A DNA stretch of 64,000 nt. Origin: the human T2T-CHM13v2.0 reference genome, Homo sapiens. The notes beneath the pieces are model-generated. The model made no database searches. It saw nothing but the letters and a program-made list of their open reading frames with translations, and had not been told where the DNA came from. This document shows positions 52,501 through 64,000 of the stretch, piece after piece (position 1 is the stretch's first letter; every line of letters starts with the position of its first letter). The translations under genes were made by a program, and so were the position numbers. The DNA lies in NCBI RefSeq assembly GCF_009914755.1, contig NC_060934.1. One strand, given 5' to 3'.

Positions 52501-55500
52501 GAGGCCAATGGTAGAAAAGAAAATATCTTCGTATAATAACTAAACAGAATCATTCTCAGAAACTTCTTTGTGATGTGTGCGTTCAACTCACAGAGTTTAA
52601 CCTTTCTTTTCATAGAGCAGGTTGGAAGCACTCTCTTTGTAAAGTCTGCATGCAGATATTTGGACCTTTTTGAGGCCTTCGTTGGAAACGGGATTTCTTC
52701 ATATACTGCTAGACCAAAGAATTCTCAGTAACTTCTTTTGGTTGTGTGTATGCAATTCACAGCGTTGAACCTTTCTTTAGACCGAGGAGATTTGAAACTC
52801 TCCTTTCGTTGCTTTTGCAAGTGGAGATTTCAAGCGATTTGAGGCCAATTGTAAAAAAGGAAATATCTTCGTATAAAAACTAGACAGAACAATTCTCAGA
52901 AACTGCTCTGTGATTTTTGCGTTCAACTCACAGATTTTAAACTTTCTTTTCATAGAGCAGTTTGGAAACACTCTTTTTGTAAAGTCTGCAAGCGGATATT
53001 TGGACCTCTTTCAGGCCTTCTTTGGAAACGGGATTTCTCCATATACTGCTAGCCCGAAGAATTTTCAGTAACTACTTTGTGTTGTGTGTATTCAACTCAC
53101 AGATTTGAACCTTTCTTTAGACAGAGCAGATTTGAAACGCTCTTTTCGTGGCTTTTGCAAGTAAAGATTTCAAGCGATTTGAGGCCAATGGTAGAAAAGG
53201 AAATATCTTCGTATAAAAACTAGACAGAATCGTTCTCAGAATCTACTTTGTGATGTGTGCGTGCAACTCACGGAGATTAACCTTTCTTTTCATAGAGAAG
53301 TTTGGAAAGAGTCTGTCTGTAAGGTCTGCAAGTGGATATTTAGATTTCTGTGAGGCCTTCATTGCAAACGGGATTTCTTCATATACTGCCCGACAGAAGA
53401 ATTCTGTTACTACTTTCTGTTGTGTGCATTCAACTCACAGAGTTGAACCTTCCTATATTCAGAGCAGTTTTGAAACACTCTTTTTGTGGAATTTGCAAGT
53501 GAAGATTTCAAGGGATTTGAGGCCAATCTTAGAAATGGAAATATCTTCGAATTAAAACTACACAGAATCATTCGCAGAAACTAGTTTGTGATGTGTGCGT
53601 TCAACTCACAGAGTTTAACGTTTCTTTTCATAGAGCAGTTTGGAAACGCTGTCTTTGTAAAGTCTGCAAGTGGATATTAGGACCTCTTTGAGGCCTTCGT
53701 TGGAAACGGGATTTCCTCCTATAATGCTAGACAGAAGAATTCCCAGTCACTTCTTTGTGTTGTGTGCATTCAACTCAGAGATTTGAACCTTCCTTTAGAG
53801 AGAGCACATTTGAAACACTCTTTTTGTGTAATTTGCTAGTGCAGATTTCAAGCTCTTCGAGGACAATGGTAGGAAAGGAAATATCTTTGTATTAAAACTA
53901 GACAAAATCATTCTCAGAAACTACTTTGTGATGTGTGCGTTCCACTCACAGACTTTAACCTTTCTTTTAATTGAGCAGTTTGGAAACACTCTCTTTGTAA
54001 AGTCTGCAGTAGGATATTTGGACCTCTTTGAGGCCTTCGTTGGAAACGGGATTTCTTCATATAATGCTAGATAGAAGAATTCTCAGTAACTTGTTTGTGT
54101 TGTGTGTATTCAACTAACAGAGTTGAACCTTCCTTTAGAAAGAGCAGTTTTCAAACACTCTGTTTGTGCAATTTCCAATGGAGATTTCTAGGGATTTGAG
54201 GCCAGTCTTAGAAATGGAAATATCTTTGTATAAAAACTAGACAGTGTCATTCTGAGATACTACCTTGTGATGTGTGCGTTCAACTCACAGAGTTTAACCT
54301 TTCTTTTCACAGAGCAGTTTGGAAACACTCTATTTGTAAAGTCTGCAAGTGGATATTTGGACCTCTTTGAGGCCTTCGTTGGAAACGGGATTTCTTCCTA
54401 TAATGCTAGACAGAAATATTCTCAGTCACTTCTTTGTGTTGTGTGCATTCAACTCAGAGATTTGAACCTTCCTTTAGAGAGAGCACATTTGAAACACTCT
54501 ATTTGTGTAATTTGCTAGTACAGATTTCAAGCTCTTCGAGGACAATGGTAGAAAAGGAAATATCTTCGTATGAAAACTAGACAAAATCATTCTCAGAAAC
54601 TACTTTGTGATGTGTGCGTTCCACTCACAGAGTTTAACCTTTCTTTTAATTGAGCAGTTTGGAAACACTATTTTTGTAAAGTCTGCAAGTGGATATTTAG
54701 ACTTCTTTGAGCCCTTCGTTGGAAACGGGATTTCTCCATATACTGCTAGACCAAAGCATTTTCAGTAACTACTTTGTGTTGTGTGTATTCAACTCACAGA
54801 TTTGAACCTTTCTTTAGACAGAGCAGATTTGAAACGCTCTTCTCGTGGCTTTTGCATGTGGAGGTTTCAAACGATTTGAGGCCAATGGTAGAAAAGGAAA
54901 TATCTTCGTATAAAAACTAGAGAGAATCATTCTCAGAAATTACTTTGTGATGTGTGCGTGCAACTCACGGAGATTAACCTTTCTTTTCATAGAGCAGTTT
55001 GGAAAGACTCTGTCTGTAAGGTCTGCAAGTGGATATTTAGATTTCTGTGAGGCCTTCGTTGCAAACGGGATTTCTTCATATACTCACAGACAGAAGAATT
55101 CTCAGTAACTATTTGTGTTGTGTGCATTCAACTCACGGAGTTGAACCTTCCTTTATTCGGAGCAGTTTTGAAACACTCTTTTTGTGGAATTTGCAAGTCG
55201 AGATTTCAAGGGATTTGAGGCCAATCTTAGAAATGGAAATATCTTCGAATTAAAACTACACAGAATCGTTCGCAGAAACTAGTTTGTGATGTGTGCGTTC
55301 AACTCACAGAGTTTAACGTTTCTTTTCATAGAGCAGTTTGGAAACGCTCTCTTTGTAAAGTCTCCAAGTGGATATTTGGAGCTCTTTGAGCCCTTCGTTA
55401 GAAACGGGACTTCTTCATATAATGCTAGACAGAAGAATACTCAGTAACTTCTTTGTGCTGTGTGTATTCAACTCACAGAGTTGAACTTTTCTTTAGACAG

Positions 55501-58500
55501 AGCAGATTTGATACTCTCTTTTCGTGGCTTTTGCCAGAGGAGATTTCAAGTCATTGGAGGCCAATGGTAGGAAAGAAAATATCTTCGTATAATAACTAAA
55601 CAGAATCATTCTCAGAAGCTTCTTTGTGATGTGTGCGTTCAACTCACAGAGTTTAACCTTTCTTTTCATAGAGCAGGTTGGAAGCACTCTCTTTGTAAAG
55701 TCTGCAAGCAGATATTTGGACCTTTTTGAGGCCTTCGTTGGAAACGGGATTTCTTCATATACTGCTAGACCAAAGAATTCTCAGTAACTTCTTTTGGTTG
55801 TGTGTATGCAATTCACAGCGTTGAACCTTTCTTTAGACCGAGCAGATTTGAAACTCTCCTTTCGTTGCTTTTGCAAGTGGAGATTTCAAGCGATTTGAGG
55901 CCAATTGTAAAAAAGGAAATATCTTCGTATAAAAACTAGACAGAACAATTCTCAGAAACTGCTCTGTGATTTTTGCGTTCAACTCACAGATTTTAAACTT
56001 TCTTTTCATAGAGCAGTTTGGAAACACTCTTTTTGTAAAGTCTGCAAGCGGATATTTGGACCTCTTTCAGGCCTTCTTTGGAAACGGGATTTCTCCATAT
56101 ACTGCTAGCCCGAAGAATTTTCAGTAACTACTTTGTGTTGTGTGTATTCAACTCACAGATTTGAACCTTTCTTTAGACAGAGCAGATTTGAAACGCTCTT
56201 TTCGTGGCTTTTGCAAGTAAAGATTTCAAGCGATTTGAGGCCAATGGTAGAAAAGGAAATATCTTCGTATAAAAACTAGACAGAATCGTTCTCAGAATCT
56301 ACTTTGTGATGTGTGCGTGCAACTCACGGAGATTAACCTTTCTTTTCATAGAGAAGTTTGGAAAGAGTCTGTCTGTAAGGTCTGCAAGTGGATATTTAGA
56401 TTTCTGTGAGGCCTTCGTTGCAAACGGGATTTCTTCATATACTGCCCGACAGAAGAATTCTGTTACTACTTTCTGTTGTGTGCATTCAACTCACAGAGTT
56501 GAACCTTCCTATATTCAGAGCAGTTTTGAAACACTCTTTTTGTGGAATTTGCAAGTGAAGATTTCAAGGGATTTGAGGCCAATCTTAGAAATGGAAATAT
56601 CTTCGAATTAAAACTACACAGAATCATTCGCAGAAACTAGTTTGTGATGTGTGCGTTCAACTCACAGAGTTTAACGTTTCTTTTCATAGAGCAGTTTGGA
56701 AACGCTGTCTTTGTAAAGTCTGCAAGTGGATATTAGGACCTCTTTGAGGCCTTCGTTGGAAACGGGATTTCCTCCTATAATGCTAGACAGAAGAATTCCC
56801 AGTCACTTCTTTGTGTTGTGTGCATTCAACTCAGAGATTTGAACCTTCCTTTAGAGAGAGCACATTTGAAACACTCTTTTTGTGTAATTTGCTAGTGCAG
56901 ATTTCAAGCTCTTCGAGGACAATGGTAGGAAAGGAAATATCTTTGTATTAAAACTAGACAAAATCATTCTCAGAAACTACTTTGTGATGTGTGCGTTCCA
57001 CTCACAGACTTTAACCTTTCTTTTAATTGAGCAGTTTGGAAACACTCTCTTTGTAAAGTCTGCAGTAGGATATTTGGACCTCTTTGAGGCCTTCGTTGGA
57101 AACGGGATTTCTTCATATAATGCTAGATAGAAGAATTCTCAGTAACTTGTTTGTGTTGTGTGTATTCAACTAACAGAGTTGAACCTTCCTTTAGAAAGAG
57201 CAGTTTTCAAACACTCTGTTTGTGCAATTTCCAATGGAGATTTCTAGGGATTTGAGGCCAGTCTTAGAAATGGAAATATCTTTGTATAAAAACTAGACAG
57301 TGTCATTCTGAGATACTACCTTGTGATGTGTGCGTTCAACTCACAGAGTTTAACCTTTCTTTTCACAGAGCAGTTTGGAAACACTCTATTTGTAAAGTCT
57401 GCAAGTGGATATTTGGACCTCTTTGAGGCCTTCGTTGGAAACGGGATTTCTTCCTATAATGCTAGACAGAAGTATTCTCAGTCACTTCTTTGTGTTGTGT
57501 GCATTCAACTCAGAGATTTGAACCTTCCTTTAGAGAGAGCACATTTGAAACACTCTATTTGTGTAATTTGCTAGTACAGATTTCAAGCTCTTCGAGGACA
57601 ATGGTAGAAAAGGAAATATCTTCGTATGAAAACTAGACAAAATCATTCTCAGAAACTACTTTGTGATGTGTGCGTTCCACTCACAGAGTTTAACCTTTCT
57701 TTTAATTGAGCAGTTTGGAAACACTATTTTTGTAAAGTCTGCAAGTGGATATTTGGACTTCTTTGAGCCCTTCGTTGGAAACGGGATTTCTCCATATACT
57801 GCTAGACCGAAGCATTTTCAGTAACTACTTTGTGTTGTGTGTATTCAACTCACAGATTTGAACCTTTCTTTAGACAGAGCAGATTTGAAACGCTCTTCTC
57901 GTGGCTTTTGCATGTGGAGGTTTCAAACGATTTGAGGCCAATGGTAGAAAAGGAAATATCTTCGTATAAAAACTAGAGAGAATCATTCTCAGAAATTACT
58001 TTGTGATGTGTGCGTGCAACTCACGGAGATTAACCTTTCTTTTCATAGAGCAGTTTGGAAAGACTCTGTCTGTAAGGTCTGCAAGTGGATATTTAGATTT
58101 CTGTGAGGCCTTCGTTGCAAACGGGATTTCTTCATATACTCACAGACAGAAGAATTCTCAGTAACTATTTGTGTTGTGTGCATTCAACTCACGGAGTTGA
58201 ACCTTCCTTTATTCGGAGCAGTTTTGAAACACTCTTTTTGTGGAATTTGCAAGTGGAGATTTCAAGGGATTTGAGGCCAATCTTAGAAATGGAAATATCT
58301 TCGAATTAAAACTACACAGAATCGTTCGCAGAAACTAGTTTGTGATGTGTGCGTTCAACTCACAGAGTTTAACGTTTCTTTTCATAGAGCAGTTTGGAAA
58401 CGCTCTCTTTGTAAAGTCTCCAAGTGGATATTTGGAGCTCTTTGAGCCCTTCGTTGGAAACGGGACTTCTTCATATAATGCTAGACAGAAGAATACTCAG

Positions 58501-61500
58501 TAACTTCTTTGTGCTGTGTGTATTCAACTCACAGAGTTGAACTTTTCTTTAGACAGAGCAGATTTGATACTCTCTTTTCGTGGCTTTTGCCAGAGGAGAT
58601 TTCAACTCATTGGAGGCCAATGGTAGAAAAGAAAATATCTTCGTATAATAACTAAACAGAATCATTCTCAGAAACTTCTTTGTGATGTGTGCGTTCAACT
58701 CACAGAGTTTAACCTTTCTTTTCATAGAGCAGGTTGGAAGCACTCTCTTTGTAAAGTCTGCATGCAGATATTTGGACCTTTTTGAGGCCTTCGTTGGAAA
58801 CGGGATTTCTTCATATACTGCTAGACCAAAGAATTCTCAGTAACTTCTTTTGGTTGTGTGTATGCAATTCACAGCGTTGAACCTTTCTTTAGACCGAGGA
58901 GATTTGAAACTCTCCTTTCGTTGCTTTTGCAAGTGGAGATTTCAAGCGATTTGAGGCCAATTGTAAAAAAGGAAATATCTTCGTATAAAAACTAGACAGA
59001 ACAATTCTCAGAAACTGCTCTGTGATTTTTGCGTTCAACTCACAGATTTTAAACTTTCTTTTCATAGAGCAGTTTGGAAACACTCTTTTTGTAAAGTCTG
59101 CAAGCGGATATTTGGACCTCTTTCAGGCCTTCTTTGGAAACGGGATTTCTCCATATACTGCTAGCCCGAAGAATTTTCAGTAACTACTTTGTGTTGTGTG
59201 TATTCAACTCACAGATTTGAACCTTTCTTTAGACAGAGCAGATTTGAAACGCTCTTTTCGTGGCTTTTGCAAGTAAAGATTTCAAGCGATTTGAGGCCAA
59301 TGGTAGAAAAGGAAATATCTTCGTATAAAAACTAGACAGAATCGTTCTCAGAATCTACTTTGTGATGTGTGCGTGCAACTCACGGAGATTAACCTTTCTT
59401 TTCATAGAGAAGTTTGGAAAGAGTCTGTCTGTAAGGTCTGCAAGTGGATATTTAGATTTCTGTGAGGCCTTCGTTGCAAACGGGATTTCTTCATATACTG
59501 CCCGACAGAAGAATTCTGTTACTACTTTCTGTTGTGTGCATTCAACTCACAGAGTTGAACCTTCCTATATTCAGAGCAGTTTTGAAACACTCTTTTTGTG
59601 GAATTTGCAAGTGAAGATTTCAAGGGATTTGAGGCCAATCTTAGAAATGGAAATATCTTCGAATTAAAACTACACAGAATCATTCGCAGAAACTAGTTTG
59701 TGATGTGTGCGTTCAACTCACAGAGTTTAACGTTTCTTTTCATAGAGCAGTTTGGAAACGCTGTCTTTGTAAAGTCTGCAAGTGGATATTAGGACCTCTT
59801 TGAGGCCTTCGTTGGAAACGGGATTTCCTCCTATAATGCTAGACAGAAGAATTCCCAGTCACTTCTTTGTGTTGTGTGCATTCAACTCAGAGATTTGAAC
59901 CTTCCTTTAGAGAGAGCACATTTGAAACACTCTTTTTGTGTAATTTGCTAGTGCAGATTTCAAGCTCTTCGAGGACAATGGTAGGAAAGGAAATATCTTT
60001 GTATTAAAACTAGACAAAATCATTCTCAGAAACTACTTTGTGATGTGTGCGTTCCACTCACAGACTTTAACCTTTCTTTTAATTGAGCAGTTTGGAAACA
60101 CTCTCTTTGTAAAGTCTGCAGTAGGATATTTGGACCTCTTTGAGGCCTTCGTTGGAAACGGGATTTCTTCATATAATGCTAGATAGAAGAATTCTCAGTA
60201 ACTTGTTTGTGTTGTGTGTATTCAACTAACAGAGTTGAACCTTCCTTTAGAAAGAGCAGTTTTCAAACACTCTGTTTGTGCAATTTCCAATGGAGATTTC
60301 TAGGGATTTGAGGCCAGTCTTAGAAATGGAAATATCTTTGTATAAAAACTAGACAGTGTCATTCTGAGATACTACCTTGTGATGTGTGCGTTCAACTCAC
60401 AGAGTTTAACCTTTCTTTTCACAGAGCAGTTTGGAAACACTCTATTTGTAAAGTCTGCAAGTGGATATTTGGACCTCTTTGAGGCCTTCGTTGGAAACGG
60501 GATTTCTTCCTATAATGCTAGACAGAAGTATTCTCAGTCACTTCTTTGTGTTGTGTGCATTCAACTCAGAGATTTGAACCTTCCTTTAGAGAGAGCACAT
60601 TTGAAACACTCTATTTGTGTAATTTGCTAGTACAGATTTCAAGCTCTTCGAGGACAATGGTAGAAAAGGAAATATCTTCGTATGAAAACTAGACAAAATC
60701 ATTCTCAGAAACTACTTTGTGATGTGTGCGTTCCACTCACAGAGTTTAACCTTTCTTTTAATTGAGCAGTTTGGAAACACTATTTTTGTAAAGTCTGCAA
60801 GTGGATATTTGGACTTCTTTGAGCCCTTCGTTGGAAACGGGATTTCTCCATATACTGCTAGACCGAAGCATTTTCAGTAACTACTTTGTGTTGTGTGTAT
60901 TCAACTCACAGATTTGAACCTTTCTTTAGACAGAGCAGATTTGAAACGCTCTTCTCGTGGCTTTTGCATGTGGAGGTTTCAAACGATTTGAGGCCAATGG
61001 TAGAAAAGGAAATATCTTCGTATAAAAACTAGAGAGAATCATTCTCAGAAATTACTTTGTGATGTGTGCGTGCAACTCACGGAGATTAACCTTTCTTTTC
61101 ATAGAGCAGTTTGGAAAGACTCTGTCTGTAAGGTCTGCAAGTGGATATTTAGATTTCTGTGAGGCCTTCGTTGCAAACGGGATTTCTTCATATACTCACA
61201 GACAGAAGAATTCTCAGTAACTATTTGTGTTGTGTGCATTCAACTCACGGAGTTGAACCTTCCTTTATTCGGAGCAGTTTTGAAACACTCTTTTTGTGGA
61301 ATTTGCAAGTGGAGATTTCAAGGGATTTGAGGCCAATCTTAGAAATGGAAATATCTTCGAATTAAAACTACACAGAATCGTTCACAGAAACTAGTTTGTG
61401 ATGTGTGCGTTCAACTCACAGAGTTTAACGTTTCTTTTCATAGAGCAGTTTGGAAACGCTCTCTTTGTAAAGTCTCCAAGTGGATATTTGGAGCTCTTTG

Positions 61501-64000
61501 AGCCCTTCGTTGGAAACGGGACTTCTTCATATAATGCTAGACAGAAGAATACTCAGTAACTTCTTTGTGCTGTGTGTATTCAACTCACAGAGTTGAACTT
61601 TTCTTTAGACAGAGCAGATTTGATACTCTCTTTTCGTGGCTTTTGCCAGAGGAGATTTCAACTCATTGGAGGCCAATGGTAGAAAAGAAAATATCTTCGT
61701 ATAATAACTAAACAGAATCATTCTCAGAAACTTCTTTGTGATGTGTGCGTTCAACTCACAGAGTTTAACCTTTCTTTTCATAGAGCAGGTTGGAAGCACT
61801 CTCTTTGTAAAGTCTGCATGCAGATATTTGGACCTTTTTGAGGCCTTCGTTGGAAACGGGATTTCTTCATATACTGCTAGACCAAAGAATTCTCAGTAAC
61901 TTCTTTTGGTTGTGTGTATGCAATTCACAGCGTTGAACCTTTCTTTAGACCGAGCAGATTTGAAACTCTCCTTTCGTTGCTTTTGCAAGTGGAGATTTCA
62001 AGCGATTTGAGGCCAATTGTAAAAAAGGAAATATCTTCGTATAAAAACTAGACAGAACAATTCTCAGAAACTGCTCTGTGATTTTTGCGTTCAACTCACA
62101 GATTTTAAACTTTCTTTTCATAGAGCAGTTTGGAAACACTCTTTTTGTAAAGTCTGCAAGCGGATATTTGGACCTCTTTCAGGCCTTCTTTGGAAACGGG
62201 ATTTCTCCATATACTGCTAGCCCGAAGAATTTTCAGTAACTACTTTGTGTTGTGTGTATTCAACTCACAGATTTGAACCTTTCTTTAGACAGAGCAGATT
62301 TGAAACGCTCTTTTCGTGGCTTTTGCAAGTAAAGATTTCAAGCGATTTGAGGCCAATGGTAGAAAAGGAAATATCTTCGTATAAAAACTAGACAGAATCG
62401 TTCTCAGAATCTACTTTGTGATGTGTGCGTGCAACTCACGGAGATTAACCTTTCTTTTCATAGAGAAGTTTGGAAAGAGTCTGTCTGTAAGGTCTGCAAG
62501 TGGATATTTAGATTTCTGTGAGGCCTTCGTTGCAAACGGGATTTCTTCATATACTGCCCGACAGAAGAATTCTGTTACTACTTTCTGTTGTGTGCATTCA
62601 ACTCACAGAGTTGAACCTTCCTATATTCAGAGCAGTTTTGAAACACTCTTTTTGTGGAATTTGCAAGTGAAGATTTCAAGGGATTTGAGGCCAATCTTAG
62701 AAATGGAAATATCTTCGAATTAAAACTACACAGAATCATTCGCAGAAACTAGTTTGTGATGTGTGCGTTCAACTCACAGAGTTTAACGTTTCTTTTCATA
62801 GAGCAGTTTGGAAACGCTGTCTTTGTAAAGTCTGCAAGTGGATATTAGGACCTCTTTGAGGCCTTCGTTGGAAACGGGATTTCCTCCTATAATGCTAGAC
62901 AGAAGAATTCCCAGTCACTTCTTTGTGTTGTGTGCATTCAACTCAGAGATTTGAACCTTCCTTTAGAGAGAGCACATTTGAAACACTCTTTTTGTGTAAT
63001 TTGCTAGTGCAGATTTCAAGCTCTTCGAGGACAATGGTAGGAAAGGAAATATCTTTGTATTAAAACTAGACAAAATCATTCTCAGAAACTACTTTGTGAT
63101 GTGTGCGTTCCACTCACAGACTTTAACCTTTCTTTTAATTGAGCAGTTTGGAAACACTCTCTTTGTAAAGTCTGCAGTAGGATATTTGGACCTCTTTGAG
63201 GCCTTCGTTGGAAACGGGATTTCTTCATATAATGCTAGATAGAAGAATTCTCAGTAACTTGTTTGTGTTGTGTGTATTCAACTAACAGAGTTGAACCTTC
63301 CTTTAGAAAGAGCAGTTTTCAAACACTCTGTTTGTGCAATTTCCAATGGAGATTTCTAGGGATTTGAGGCCAGTCTTAGAAATGGAAATATCTTTGTATA
63401 AAAACTAGACAGTGTCATTCTGAGATACTACCTTGTGATGTGTGCGTTCAACTCACAGAGTTTAACCTTTCTTTTCACAGAGCAGTTTGGAAACACTCTA
63501 TTTGTAAAGTCTGCAAGTGGATATTTGGACCTCTTTGAGGCCTTCGTTGGAAACGGGATTTCTTCCTATAATGCTAGACAGAAGTATTCTCAGTCACTTC
63601 TTTGTGTTGTGTGCATTCAACTCAGAGATTTGAACCTTCCTTTAGAGAGAGCACATTTGAAACACTCTATTTGTGTAATTTGCTAGTACAGATTTCAAGC
63701 TCTTCGAGGACAATGGTAGAAAAGGAAATATCTTCGTATGAAAACTAGACAAAATCATTCTCAGAAACTACTTTGTGATGTGTGCGTTCCACTCACAGAG
63801 TTTAACCTTTCTTTTAATTGAGCAGTTTGGAAACACTATTTTTGTAAAGTCTGCAAGTGGATATTTGGACTTCTTTGAGCCCTTCGTTGGAAACGGGATT
63901 TCTCCATATACTGCTAGACCGAAGCATTTTCAGTAACTACTTTGTGTTGTGTGTATTCAACTCACAGATTTGAACCTTTCTTTAGACAGAGCAGATTTGA
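43551..64000 (+). repeat. Right array homogeneous layer: ~6.7 copies of an 18-mer HOR (3,056 bp)
   Basis: Equivalent ORFs at 44081, 47138, 50194, 53250, 56306, 59362, 62418 (one 3,057 spacing, the rest 3,056). Copies differ by only a few SNVs. Confidence 0.96.

Larger units (their letters stand above)
1..64000 (+). repeat. Alpha-satellite (alphoid) centromeric tandem array, dimeric SF1 (J1/J2-like), single orientation
   Basis: Continuous ~170-bp monomers with hallmark motifs (cattctcagaaact, tgtgatgtgtgcgttcaactcacagag, ttcatagagcagtttggaaacac, gtggaatttgcaagtggagattt). Dimer period is 340 bp (ORF starts 1642/1982, 3339/3679). EcoRI gaattc recurs in most dimers. CENP-B-box position falls in every second monomer. 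Confidence 0.99.
30991..64000 (+). repeat. Right HOR array, SF1 18-mer family; possibly S1C10H2
   Basis: Diagnostic motifs restricted to this half: cgttgcttttgc, tagcccgaag, cttcgttgcaaacggga, gtgtcattctgagatactacc, ccagaggagatttc. Name is from recall and unverified. Confidence 0.93.

Noticed and set aside
37-63686. Numerous 60-139 aa ORFs in the supplied track
   Set aside because: They recur at satellite periodicity, mostly use alternative starts, overlap in several frames and resemble no protein family. They were used only as positional markers.
1-64000. CRISPR-like regularly spaced conserved motifs
   Set aside because: The intervening sequence is itself repeated rather than unique spacers, the period is ~170/340 bp, and there are no cas genes.
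1-64000. Transposon insertion, inversion or non-alphoid island
   Set aside because: The 340-bp phase holds throughout apart from 1-2 bp indels. I saw no poly-A tail, Alu or L1 sequence, target-site duplication or reverse-strand monomer.
43551-64000. Firm assignment of the 18-mer to D6Z1 because of its ~3.06-kb size
   Set aside because: Unit length alone is not diagnostic, since several 18-mer HORs exist. Alignment is needed.
1-64000. Promoters, terminators or ncRNA genes suggested by TATA-like words, T-runs and short dyads
   Set aside because: These are intrinsic to AT-rich alphoid monomers. Alphoid transcription is known, but no discrete unit can be defined from sequence.

Overview
The whole 64 kb window is primate, very likely human, centromeric alpha-satellite of the dimeric suprachromosomal family 1 (SF1) type. 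It consists of ~170-bp monomers in one orientation, alternating CENP-B-box (B-type) and pJalpha-box-like (A-type) monomers in ~340-bp dimers. I see no genes, transposons, inversions or spacers, and all ORFs are repeat artefacts. Two different higher-order repeat (HOR) arrays meet in register at ~30,980-31,004. The left array is built from five dimer types arranged as 10-, 8- and 6-mer units, then a regular 16-mer (2,716 bp). The right array goes from edge variants (24-, 26-, 24-mer) into a homogeneous 18-mer (3,056 bp). From recall, unverified, this resembles the chromosome 10 junction between an S1C10H1-like array and S1C10H2. I found no new protein-coding system. The most notable signals are structural: a ~3 kb gap in intact CENP-B boxes centred on the junction, a roughly twofold step in box density, a readable 24-mer to 18-mer derivation, nested HOR-of-HOR duplications, conversion patches and a monomer run shared by both HORs. 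All alignments were done by eye.
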